The notes beneath the pieces are model-generated. The model saw only the letters and a program-made list of their open reading frames with translations, ran no database searches and was not told the origin of the DNA. DNA of 64,000 bases from an uncultured Planctomycetota bacterium. Its GTDB lineage: Bacteria; Planctomycetota; Planctomycetia; Gemmatales; Gemmataceae. The position numbers and the translations under genes were made by a program. How positions within the stretch are numbered: the first letter of the stretch is position 1; every line of letters begins with the position of its first letter. Positions 31,038-39,484 of the stretch are shown here, in pieces. The DNA lies in contig CAWKHF010000006.1 in NCBI GenBank assembly GCA_963849325.1, forward strand, positions 782,285-846,284, read 5' to 3'.

Positions 31038-31997
31038 TTACCGGCCCGGCCCGCCAGCCGGTTTCGACGGCGTCTCCGAGCGCGTGATCTCGGACTTGCG
31101 CACCGTCACCTCGCCCTTGTCGGTCTGCAGGACGAGCCAGCCGGGACGATCCTCCTTCACGGTGCCCGTGTACTTGTCGTTGCCCAGCCAGATGGTGATC
31201 TTGTCGCCCTTGGCGAAGGACGGTTCGCGGTCGGCGTAGGCGGCAGGGCCTTTGCGCAGCGACAGATCGCGCGACAGCGTCGCCGAGGAGGCGGCGCGGC
31301 CGGCGGCGGTATCGTAGCGGCGCAGGGCCGCGTCGGCGTAGTCCGACGAAGCCTCACGGGCAAGGACGGAAACCATCGCGTTCTTGAGACGGCCCTCGTC
31401 GCCCATGCCGAATTGTAGGCTGCGGACCACCGAATACGAGGTCGAGCCGACAGAGCCGGACGGGGAACGGCGGTAGCCGAGGCCACCGAAGGCGTAAGGG
31501 GAATAGATGCCGGAACTGCCGTACCCACCATAGCCATATCCGCCATACCCATTCCCACCGTACCCGTAGCCGCCGTAACCGCCATAGCTGGTGTTGGAGC
31601 CACCGTAGCGGATCTGCGTGCCGTACAACTGCTCCTGCACGTAGCGGCGCTGCGGTTCCATGATCCGCTCGCTGTTGACGTACTGCTGCTTGAGACGCTG
31701 AAGGTCGTGAATGTAGGTCAATTCGTTCTCGGCACGCTCCAGATCGAAAGCGGCCAGGCGGTCGGCGGTCGAAAGCGCGCCCGACGTGACGTAGTGGACG
31801 CTGCGATTGGCGCCCTCGAAGACGACGATGCGGTGGACCGAGCCGGGGGGAGTGCGATCGGCGGTGTCCTTGGCGGCCGGGGCTTTCGCCCGGGCGGAGT
31901 GGGCCACGACGATGGGTTGCCCCTGGGCCGTCGCGGTCACGACCACACCGAGCAACAGCCCCAGCCCGCGGCCGAGGTGGACGGGGAGAGAACGCAT
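31038..31997 (-). CDS. Secreted hypothetical protein with Gly/Tyr-rich segment and small C-terminal beta domain
   Basis: Signal peptide, (GYG)n run, RBS AGAGGG. Confidence 0.7.
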   Translation of the reverse strand: MRSLPVHLGRGLGLLLGVVVTATAQGQPIVVAHSARAKAPAAKDTADRTPPGSVHRIVVFEGANRSVHYVTSGALSTADRLAAFDLERAENELTYIHDLQRLKQQYVNSERIMEPQRRYVQEQLYGTQIRYGGSNTSYGGYGGYGYGGNGYGGYGYGGYGSSGIYSPYAFGGLGYRRSPSGSVGSTSYSVVRSLQFGMGDEGRLKNAMVSVLAREASSDYADAALRRYDTAAGRAASSATLSRDLSLRKGPAAYADREPSFAKGDKITIWLGNDKYTGTVKEDRPGWLVLQTDKGEVTVRKSEITRSETPSKPAGGPGR

Positions 31998-32225
31998 GAC
32001 AGTACCCTCTCTTGCAATGAGGCTCCACGGTGCGGACTCATGAAGAGATACCTCATCGTTTATTGTAATCGCCGCCCAGTCATTCGCATAAGGAAAGTCG
32101 GTTTTTTCTTGGTCGCTCTTCCTCGGGCGGGCGGCGGTAGTGGCTGGCGGCATCGGCTCGTACAATAGCCCGCGAGGCGGCGGGCCGTCCGTTCGTCGTG
32201 TTTCCTTCTCCAGCGGATGCGGCGC

Positions 32226-33168
32226 ATGCTGGAAGCGCGTTTGAAGGTCCCGATCCGGCTCTCCATCCTCGCGGCCGTGGCGACGATCGCCTTGAAGTCG
32301 GCGGCGTACATCCTGACCGGCTCGGTGGGCCTGCTCTCCGACGCCGTCGAATCGCTGGTGAACCTGGTGGCGGCGGTGACGGCTTACCTGTCGCTGTGGT
32401 ATGCGGCGCGTCCGGTCGATGAATCGCACACCTACGGACACGAGAAGATCGAGTTCTTCTCCAGCGGACTGGAAGGCGTGCTGATCGTCGTGGCGGCCCT
32501 GGCCATCGCCTGGTACGCCGTGCATCGGCTGATCGTACCCGAGCCGCTGCAACCGCTCGGGCCGGGATTGCTGATGGCCCTCGTCGCCGCGGTCGTCAAC
32601 GGCGCCGTGGCCCTCGTCCTGCTCCGCGCCGGCCGCAAGTACGGATCGATCGTCCTGGAAGCGGACGGCCGGCACTTGCTGACGGACGTGTGGACCAGCG
32701 GCGCCGTGCTCGCCGGGTTGGGCCTGGTCTGGCTGACGAATGTGCATGCGCTCGACCCGTTGATCGCCCTGGGCGTGTCGGCGAACATCGTTTGGACGGG
32801 GCTGGACCTGATTCGTCGCTCCTTCGACGGCCTGATGGATCACGCCTTGCCGGCCGCGGAGCAGGCGGCGGTGCGGGCGGCCATCGAGGAGCGCCTGGGG
32901 CCGGACATGGATTATCACGCCCTGCGGACAAGGCAGGCCGGCCGGCGGCGCTTCGTCGATTTTCATCTGCTGGTGCCTGGCCGCCTGACCGTGCAGCAGG
33001 CGCATACGCTCACCGGCGCCATCGAGGAGGCGGTGCGCGGCGCTGCCGGAGCTGGAGGTATCGGTTCACATCGAGCCGATCGAGGACTCGACGGCGTGGC
33101 GCGACAGCGCCCTGCTGCCGCTGGAGCAGGCGCGGCGCGAACGGGGCGACGCGAACGCACAGTCCTAA
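32226..33168 (+). CDS. Cation diffusion facilitator transporter (frameshift near 33040)
   Basis: SVGLLSDAVES, HTYGHEKIE, ADGRHLLTD, HALRTR, FVDFHLLV. Confidence 0.9.
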
Positions 33169-33176
33169 TGCTCCTG

Positions 33177-33233
33177 TCCGAGCCGGAAGCGTAAGCGAAG
33201 GAGCAACAACTTCGCTTACGCTTCCGGCTCGGA
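33177..33233. repeat. Palindromic repeat, family A
   Basis: Matches the 2169 consensus. Confidence 0.88.
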
Positions 33234-33252
33234 TAGACGGGAGACGTTATCC

Positions 33253-34086
33253 GTGAGTGTGCTGGAATTCACGAGTTTGATCGCGGCCGGGGCGATGGCG
33301 GCCGGCTTCCTGGGATCGTTGACCGGCCTGGGCGGCGGCGTCATCATCGTGCCCATGCTGGTCCTGCTCAAGGTGGACATTCATTACGCCATCGGTGCCT
33401 CGCTGGTGTCGGTCATCGCCACCTCGTCGGGGGCGGCGGCCGCCTACGTCAAGGAGGGCTACTCCAACATCCGCATCGGCATGTTGCTGGAAATCGCCAC
33501 CACCTTCGGAGCGCTGACCGGCGCCTACCTGACGACCGTGGCCCCTGCGGAAACGATCTCCATCGTCTTTGGCGTCGTCCTCCTCGTCTCCGCTTACCTG
33601 TCGGTGCGACAGCGGCGCCCGCGCACGGACACCGAGAAGGCCGACCCGGTCGCGGTTCGACTGCGGCTGGACGGCAGTTATCCAGGGCCGAAGGGCCGAC
33701 AGGCTTATCACGTCCATCGCGTGTCGCTGGGTTTCGGCCTGATGTACGTGGCCGGCTGCCTGTCGGGACTGCTCGGCATCGGCTCGGGCGCCCTGAAGGT
33801 GCTGGCCATGGACCAGGCCATGCGCATCCCCTTCAAGGTGTCCACGACGACGAGCAATTTCATGATCGGCGTCACCGCCGCCGCCAGCGCCGGCATCTAC
33901 TTGCACCGCGGCTACATTGACCCGGACCTGGCCATGCCGGTCATGCTCGGCGTCCTGGCCGGCTCGCTGCTGGGGGCGCGCGTGCTGATGGCCGTTCAAA
34001 CGCGCCTGCTGCGGCGCGTCTTCGCCGTGGTCATCCTGGCCATGGCCGTCGAGATGATTTACAAGGGCTGCACCGGAGAGTTGTGA
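33253..34086 (+). CDS. TauE/SafE family sulfite exporter
   Basis: GSLTGLGGG, SGLLGIGSG, STTTSNFMIGVTA. Confidence 0.9.
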   Translation: MSVLEFTSLIAAGAMAAGFLGSLTGLGGGVIIVPMLVLLKVDIHYAIGASLVSVIATSSGAAAAYVKEGYSNIRIGMLLEIATTFGALTGAYLTTVAPAETISIVFGVVLLVSAYLSVRQRRPRTDTEKADPVAVRLRLDGSYPGPKGRQAYHVHRVSLGFGLMYVAGCLSGLLGIGSGALKVLAMDQAMRIPFKVSTTTSNFMIGVTAAASAGIYLHRGYIDPDLAMPVMLGVLAGSLLGARVLMAVQTRLLRRVFAVVILAMAVEMIYKGCTGEL

Positions 34087-34087
34087 C

Positions 34088-34507
34088 ATGGCCGAAACGC
34101 CGCGCCGGGACCCGCCCGATGGTCCCGCGCCCGACTGGAGCGATGAGGGGATCGACCAGGTCATCGGCAACCTGCTGCGGATCGGCGTGATCGTGTCCGC
34201 CCTCGTGGTCGCCGTCGGTGGGATGCTGTTCCTGGCGGAGAACGGCCGCAACGCGGCCCCCAACCTGGAGAAGTTCGAGCCGGAGGAGTTGCGCGGTCCC
34301 GGCGGCATCCTCCACGAGTGCGCCGCCGGGAACAGTCGCGGCCTCATCCTGCTCGGCCTTCTGCTGTTGATCGCTACGCCAGTGGCGCGGGTGATTTTCT
34401 CGGTCGCCGCCTTTGCCGTCCAGCGCGACTTGCTCTACGTCCTTTTCACCCTCGTCGTGCTGGCCGTACTCCTTTACAGTTTGTTCAACGGCTATTTTTC
34501 GGAATGA
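34088..34507 (+). CDS. DUF1634 membrane protein
   Basis: IGNLLRIGV, LGLLLLIATPVARV; usual partner of TauE. Confidence 0.85.
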   Translation: MAETPRRDPPDGPAPDWSDEGIDQVIGNLLRIGVIVSALVVAVGGMLFLAENGRNAAPNLEKFEPEELRGPGGILHECAAGNSRGLILLGLLLLIATPVARVIFSVAAFAVQRDLLYVLFTLVVLAVLLYSLFNGYFSE

Positions 34508-34627
34508 CGCCGCCGCCGCGCCGCCGCGGCGTGGAGGAAATCCGTCTTTCCTCACGGGCGCGGAACCCTATAATGACGGTTTACCTGCCGGACGGATCGA
34601 AAGGAATTCTTTTGCGGGGGTGCGCTC

Positions 34628-34957
34628 ATGAGCTTGTGGGCCGTTTGGGGGTGGCTTCCCCCTTTGTTGAACGTCGTGCTGCTGATAATCGGCGTGTTTC
34701 TGATCCTGCTCGTGCTGATCCAGAAGGGCAAGGGCGGCGGTTTGGCTGGCGCCTTCGGCGGCTCCGGCGGCTCCAGCGCCTTCGGTTCCCGAGCCGGCGA
34801 CACCTTCACGCGCATCACCATCTACGTCGCGGCCGTGTGGATCTTACTCATCATGATCACCATCAAGGTCGTGCAGCCGACCACTCCTCTGCAACCGGAT
34901 GCCGGCCAGGTGCAGCCGGTCTCTCCGAACCAACCGCCCGGCGAGGAAGAACAGTAA
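34628..34957 (+). CDS. secG: Preprotein translocase subunit SecG
   Basis: LILLVLIQKGKGGGLAGAFGG..SAFGSRAGDTFTRIT. Confidence 0.92.
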   Translation: MSLWAVWGWLPPLLNVVLLIIGVFLILLVLIQKGKGGGLAGAFGGSGGSSAFGSRAGDTFTRITIYVAAVWILLIMITIKVVQPTTPLQPDAGQVQPVSPNQPPGEEEQ

Positions 34958-35026
34958 TCAGGGGTCAGGGATCAGGGGTCAGGGGTCAGAAAAACCGGCA
35001 ACTTCTCTTCTGACCCCTGATCCCTG
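34958..35026. repeat. Heptamer tandem repeat (TCAGGGG)x4 with inverted copies
   Basis: TCAGGGG/TCAGGGA run followed by CTGACCCCTGATCCCTG. Confidence 0.85.
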
Positions 35027-35042
35027 TTCAGAGGAGGTGCGC

Positions 35043-35933
35043 GTGCTGTGCAGCATGACCGGCTACGGTGAGGCGAATTATCAAAGCGATGCCCTTCATC
35101 TGGCCATCGAACTGCGCGCCGTCAACAACCGCTACCTGAAAGTCAGCCTCCGCGCCGGCGAACCGTATAACCTGCTGGAGCCGGAGTTCGAGAAGGTCAT
35201 CCGCCGCGTCGTCCGCCGCGGCACCATCCAGGTACATCTGCGCTGCCAGCGGCAGTTTTCCTCGCAGGACTTCCAGGTCAACGTCGTCGCCCTGCAAAGT
35301 TACGTCCGCCAGCTGCGCGAACAGGCGATCGCGTTGGGTCTGGCCGATCACGGCCAGGTGCTGCTGTCTCAGGTACTCGCCCTGCCCGGCGTCGTGCCCG
35401 AACCGGCCACCGCCGCCTTCCATCTGGAAGAAGAATGGCCGATGATGGAGCGCGTTCTCGACCAGGCGCTGGGACGCTTGCAGGCCATGCGGCAAGAAGA
35501 GGGACGGGCGATGGCTCAGGAGATGTTGCAGATGCGCGACCACATCGGCCGACATCTCGAGCACATCCGTCAGCGCGTGCCGTCCGTCGCCACGCTGTAC
35601 CGCGATCGTCTTCTCGACCGCGTGCGCAACCTGCTCGGCGAACTGGACGTGAAGCTCGATCGTAGTGACCTTATCAAGGAAGTCGCCATCTTCGCCGAGC
35701 GCAGCGACATCGCCGAGGAGGTAGTTCGCCTGGCCAGCCACCTCGATCAGTTTCAGGAGATCGTCAACGAACCGGAGAGCGCCGGCCGCAAACTCGAGTT
35801 TTTGACGCAGGAGATGTTCCGCGAGACCAACACCATCGGCTCCAAGGCCGGCGACGTGGAAATCTCCCGCCACGTGGTCGAAATCAAAGGTACACTCGAA
35901 AAGGTCCGCGAACTGGTGCAAAACATCGAATAA
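35043..35933 (+). CDS. yicC: YicC/YloC family endoribonuclease
   Basis: SMTGYG, VNNRYL, GRKLEFLTQEMFRETNTIGSK, VQNIE. Confidence 0.92.
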   Translation: MLCSMTGYGEANYQSDALHLAIELRAVNNRYLKVSLRAGEPYNLLEPEFEKVIRRVVRRGTIQVHLRCQRQFSSQDFQVNVVALQSYVRQLREQAIALGLADHGQVLLSQVLALPGVVPEPATAAFHLEEEWPMMERVLDQALGRLQAMRQEEGRAMAQEMLQMRDHIGRHLEHIRQRVPSVATLYRDRLLDRVRNLLGELDVKLDRSDLIKEVAIFAERSDIAEEVVRLASHLDQFQEIVNEPESAGRKLEFLTQEMFRETNTIGSKAGDVEISRHVVEIKGTLEKVRELVQNIE

Positions 35934-35934
35934 A

Positions 35935-36025
35935 AGTTCTGAGTTCTGAGTTCTGAGTTCTGAGTGAAAACGAGATTCAGAACTCAGAACTCAGAACTCA
36001 GAACTCAGAACTCAGAACTCAGAAA
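35935..36025. repeat. Inverted heptamer arrays (AGTTCTG)x4 / (TCAGAAC)x6-7
   Basis: Read directly from the sequence; ends immediately before the gmk ATG. Confidence 0.9.
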
Positions 36026-36610
36026 ATGGCAAAGGCGCCGTTGATTATCCTGGCCGGGCCGAGCGGCAGCGGCAAGTCCACCATCATTGCCCGTCTGCTC
36101 CAGGACGGACGACTGCCGTTGCGGCTGTCGGTGTCGGCCACCACCCGCCGGCCGCGCCCCTATGAGCGCGACGGCGTTCATTACTGGTTCTGGACGCCCG
36201 AGCAGTTTCAGAAGCAGTTGCAGGCCGGCGCCTTCCTCGAATGGGCCGAGGTGAACGGACAGCGATACGGCACCTTGCGCTGCGAAGTGGACGCCTACCG
36301 GAACAAGGGCGTCGGCGTCCTGCTGGACATCGACGTACAGGGGGCCGCCCAGGTGCGGGCGCGCTATCCCGATTGCCTTTCCCTTTTCCTGCGAACGTCG
36401 TCGTGGGAGGTGTATGAGCAGCGTCTGCGGAAGCGCGGCACGGAAACCGAGGAGCAAATCGCTCGCCGGTTGGCCACGGCCCAGCGCGAGCTGGAACGAA
36501 TCCACGAGTTCGATCACGTGATTGTCAATGACGATCTGGACTCCGCGGTCTGTCAGGTCCGCGGCCTGATCGCACAGGCTTTTCCGAAAGGGAATGGCAA
36601 TGCTGGATGA
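36026..36610 (+). CDS. gmk: Guanylate kinase
   Basis: [29 protein letters not shown]. Confidence 0.95.
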   Translation: MAKAPLIILAGPSGSGKSTIIARLLQDGRLPLRLSVSATTRRPRPYERDGVHYWFWTPEQFQKQLQAGAFLEWAEVNGQRYGTLRCEVDAYRNKGVGVLLDIDVQGAAQVRARYPDCLSLFLRTSSWEVYEQRLRKRGTETEEQIARRLATAQRELERIHEFDHVIVNDDLDSAVCQVRGLIAQAFPKGNGNAG

Positions 36611-36881
36611 ACTGAAGGAAGAGGCCATCGTCAACAAGGTGGGTGGCCGTTTCAAGCTGTCGACGCTGATCCAGAAGCGGATGGTGGCGCTGAACACCGG
36701 CGCTCGGCCGCTGGTCGAAGTGCGCGGCGGCGACAAGATGGCCATCGTCATTCAAGAAATCTTGCAGGACAAGATTTATCTGGACACGTCGGGTCAGGTG
36801 CAAGCGCGTGGCGTTAGCGCCAGCGACGCCGCCCGCCGGGCCATGCTCGGCGACATCTCCGCCGACCTCGGCGGCGACTGA
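36600..36881 (+). CDS. rpoZ: RNA polymerase omega subunit
   Basis: [15 protein letters not shown]; follows gmk. Confidence 0.85.
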   Translation: MLDELKEEAIVNKVGGRFKLSTLIQKRMVALNTGARPLVEVRGGDKMAIVIQEILQDKIYLDTSGQVQARGVSASDAARRAMLGDISADLGGD

Positions 36882-36903
36882 AGCCAGATCGAAGGGGGAC
36901 GTC

Positions 36904-38355
36904 ATGGCCGAAGCAACCGACCGTCCGCGGGGCGCCGCCGGGGCGACCCCCGCCCCGGGGCTGGGGACAACCGCGCCCGAACCGTATCGCCCGTTGTCGC
37001 TGCTGGCCCTGGTCGCCTTCGCGGGGGCGGTCGTCTACGCCCTGATCGTGGCGGCGGGCGCCGTGGTTGCCCTGTTCAATCGGATACCCTGGTTGATGCC
37101 GGGCTGGTCCTTTCTCTTGCCCATCCTCGTTCTGGTCCTTTGCTGGGTGGCCCGCGCACGCATCCGCGGCTCCGAGGGAACGCTGGGCGGCCTGGCCTTC
37201 ACCGCCTGGGGCGTGCGCCTGACCGTCGTGGTCGGACTCACCTACGCCGCCTATTACGGCTTCACCTTTTTCGCCGTGAGCTTGCAGGCCAAGGACTGCG
37301 CCAACCAGTTCTTCGACCAGCTCAAGCAGGGCCACACGGAACGCGCCTTTCTGCTCGGCATGGACGTCGCCGCCAAGGACATTGACGACGCCGACCTGCG
37401 CAATACGCTGGAGTTCCGCTTTAACTCCCCCACCGGCCCCGGCGGCTCCGGCGGCGCCTTCACCACGTTCCGGCAAAGCCCCCTCGTCCGCGCCATCGAG
37501 TCCGGCGGCGGCGCCACGCGCATCGCGCCGTTGGGTGTCAGCGATTGGAGTTACCAGCAGGGCGGCTACCGCGTCCTCCTCAAGTACGAGGTGTCCACGC
37601 CCCTGATGGCCGTCGAGATGGCGGTGGAGACGTTCGGTCGCGACAGCAAGACCGGCGGCCGGCAATGGCAGGTCATGCTCAACCGAGGCGACACGCGCCT
37701 CATCCCCGAGACCATGAAACTCACCCCGGCGGGGGCGGAGTGGATGCAAAAGGCGATGTTGGCCCAGAATTTTGCTTCCACCTGGCAGGACAAGGTCAAT
37801 CAACGTCTCTGGACGGACGTGTATCTGGATACCCTCAAGCCCTCCCAGCGCGAGCGGTTGCACAAGGGCCGGCAGGTGCTGCGCGTGCTGCCGGCGGTGT
37901 CGCTGGCCGGCCTGGCTCCGCTGGGTCTGTGGGACCAATCCTGTCTCGAACTTCTGGATGGCTCGCGGAAGCTCGCCGAGGGCAAGCTGATCCGCATCGA
38001 CGACAAAACCTTCTGGACCAGCAAGCTCGAGCGCAAGGCTATCCTGGCGAACCTCCAGCAGACCTTTCACCCTCGATCCGACGGCAAGGCCCGCTTCACC
38101 CTCCAGCTTCAGAAGACGCAGATGCCGCCGTCGCGCACGGCCGGGGATGAGTTGACTTTCCTCCTCGACGCCGTTCTGACGTACCTGGACGAGACCGGAT
38201 CGCGGCCCAAGTATCTCGTCCAGGCCCAGGTCGCCGTGACGGCGGAGCAAAACGAGGCCGATCGTTCTCCGTCGGCCTGGCGCATTGAGGCCATCGAGAT
38301 CAGCAGCGGCCGCACGCCGCCGGAGCCGCCACAGAAAGGGCGCCTGGGAGGCTGA
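36904..38355 (+). CDS. Hypothetical membrane protein
   Basis: YRPLS followed by three TM segments and a large soluble domain. Confidence 0.75.
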   Translation: MAEATDRPRGAAGATPAPGLGTTAPEPYRPLSLLALVAFAGAVVYALIVAAGAVVALFNRIPWLMPGWSFLLPILVLVLCWVARARIRGSEGTLGGLAFTAWGVRLTVVVGLTYAAYYGFTFFAVSLQAKDCANQFFDQLKQGHTERAFLLGMDVAAKDIDDADLRNTLEFRFNSPTGPGGSGGAFTTFRQSPLVRAIESGGGATRIAPLGVSDWSYQQGGYRVLLKYEVSTPLMAVEMAVETFGRDSKTGGRQWQVMLNRGDTRLIPETMKLTPAGAEWMQKAMLAQNFASTWQDKVNQRLWTDVYLDTLKPSQRERLHKGRQVLRVLPAVSLAGLAPLGLWDQSCLELLDGSRKLAEGKLIRIDDKTFWTSKLERKAILANLQQTFHPRSDGKARFTLQLQKTQMPPSRTAGDELTFLLDAVLTYLDETGSRPKYLVQAQVAVTAEQNEADRSPSAWRIEAIEISSGRTPPEPPQKGRLGG

Positions 38356-38404
38356 GCAGGAAGAAGGGTCATGCCCCCTCCCTCCGGTGCTTCCCAGCGA
38401 TAAC

Positions 38405-38432
38405 TTGACGGCGCCACCGGCTGCCGTAAACT
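38405..38432 (+). promoter_or_regulatory. Sigma70-like promoter upstream of tRNA-Leu
   Basis: TTGACG-16 nt-TAAACT. Confidence 0.55.
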
Positions 38433-38509
38433 GCTAGTGCCCAGACAAGCGAGTTCCCGTCCGAGCCGGAAACGGAAGCGAAGGAAGACGGACGAAAGAG
38501 CGAAACCAC

Positions 38510-38619
38510 GGCCAAGTGGCGGAATTGGCAGACGCGCTGGACTTCATCATCGTTGCATGATCGGTGCAGCAAAATCCAGTGCCCGCAAGGGCGTGTGGGT
38601 TCGAGTCCCACCTTGGCCA
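38510..38619 (+). tRNA. tRNA-Leu with a 26-nt insertion in the anticodon loop (CAA if 38544-38569 is removed)
   Basis: Acceptor GGCCAAG/CTTGGCC+A73, D arm GCGGAATTGGCAGACGC, anticodon stem CTGGA/TCCAG, variable arm GCCC-GCAA-GGGC, T arm GTGGG-TTCGAGT-CCCAC. Confidence 0.9.
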
Positions 38620-38906
38620 CCTTAACTTCTTTACTAGTAAGTACTTGTGATGACAGCGGATGACTAACTTCCCGCGAGAGAGAGGGTTGCGTCAACTGCT
38701 GTCCTCCGCAGTCCGTCGAGGCTGCCCCGAGCGTGCAGCCCCAGGCGATAGTCGCCGGTGGGCGTCTCCAGCAGGCCGCTCCGCGCTTGCGGTAGCAGAC
38801 GCGGCACCAGCAGCCGGCCATCCCGGAGAGCCGCCTGCGGTTCGCGGTCCGGAGCCAGCAGCATGTCAACTAGGCCCGAGGCAGCGAGAGACTCGACATC
38901 GAGTAA

Positions 38907-39051
38907 GAGTCTGTCCCGGAAGCCCCTCTCCCCCTGTACTCCGGGGGAGAGGGGTTGGGGTGAGGGGGTGTGCTTTCCGCCGGTTTCTCCCCCTCACCCC
39001 CAACCCCTCTCCCCCGAGTACGGGGGAGAGGGGGGCTTGGAGGACAGACTC
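38907..39051. mobile_element. 145-bp MITE-like element enclosing a family C palindrome
   Basis: TIRs GAGTCTGTCC/GGACAGACTC flanked by TAA on both sides (38904-38906, 39052-39054). Confidence 0.7.
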
Positions 39052-39484
39052 TAAGGCGTTTCCTCTCTGCCACGGGTAACTATTCGAACTCCTCCAGAGG
39101 CGGCAGGTTCACGCCGCAAGGGGTTGGCCGCCAGGCCGATAGCCGGTGCTTCTGTTCGGCCAGCGGCAGGCCGCAGAACTCGTCGATGGGCGGCAAGACC
39201 CCTTGCTGAGATCGGGCGGCAGCGTCGGGCCGACCGGAATGCACCTTGGCCAGGATTTCCAGGCGTCGGACTTTCACCGCCAAAGCACGAGCGGTCATGA
39301 TTGTCCCCTGTGGATGATTCTGCGCGGTTTCTGTCGGTCCCAAGAGTTCCGCTGGTGTATCACCCGACCAGCCGTCCCTCGAAGCGCGTACTCCATGAGA
39401 CTGCCGACGGGATTGCCTACTTAGCCGGTAGGGAATCACGCCAACGCTGTCAGGCGAAGGGATCAACGTCCTCCTCTCACCGTT

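Noticed and set aside
33177-33194. CDF transporter ending in repeat-derived SEPEA*
   Set aside because: Result of the frameshift near 33040; the corrected frame (VHIEP...) stops at 33168, before the repeat.
35935-36025. Possible CRISPR array
   Set aside because: Contiguous 7-mers with no unique spacers; no cas genes in the window.
38510-38619. tRNA-Sec (selC)
   Set aside because: The 7-bp acceptor stem, Leu-type D arm and A73 discriminator do not fit tRNA-Sec, despite the CTGGACTTCA similarity.
38880-38906. GCAGCGAGAGACTCGAC as the group I catalytic core (P7 region) for the tRNA insert
   Set aside because: No matching P3/P4/P6 or second P7 strand could be identified, and the nearby GAGTC belongs to the MITE TIR; needs a covariance-model search.
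39080-39299. Small minus-strand ORF MTARALAVKVRRLE...
   Set aside because: Plausible RBS but no recognisable motif; not enough support to call.
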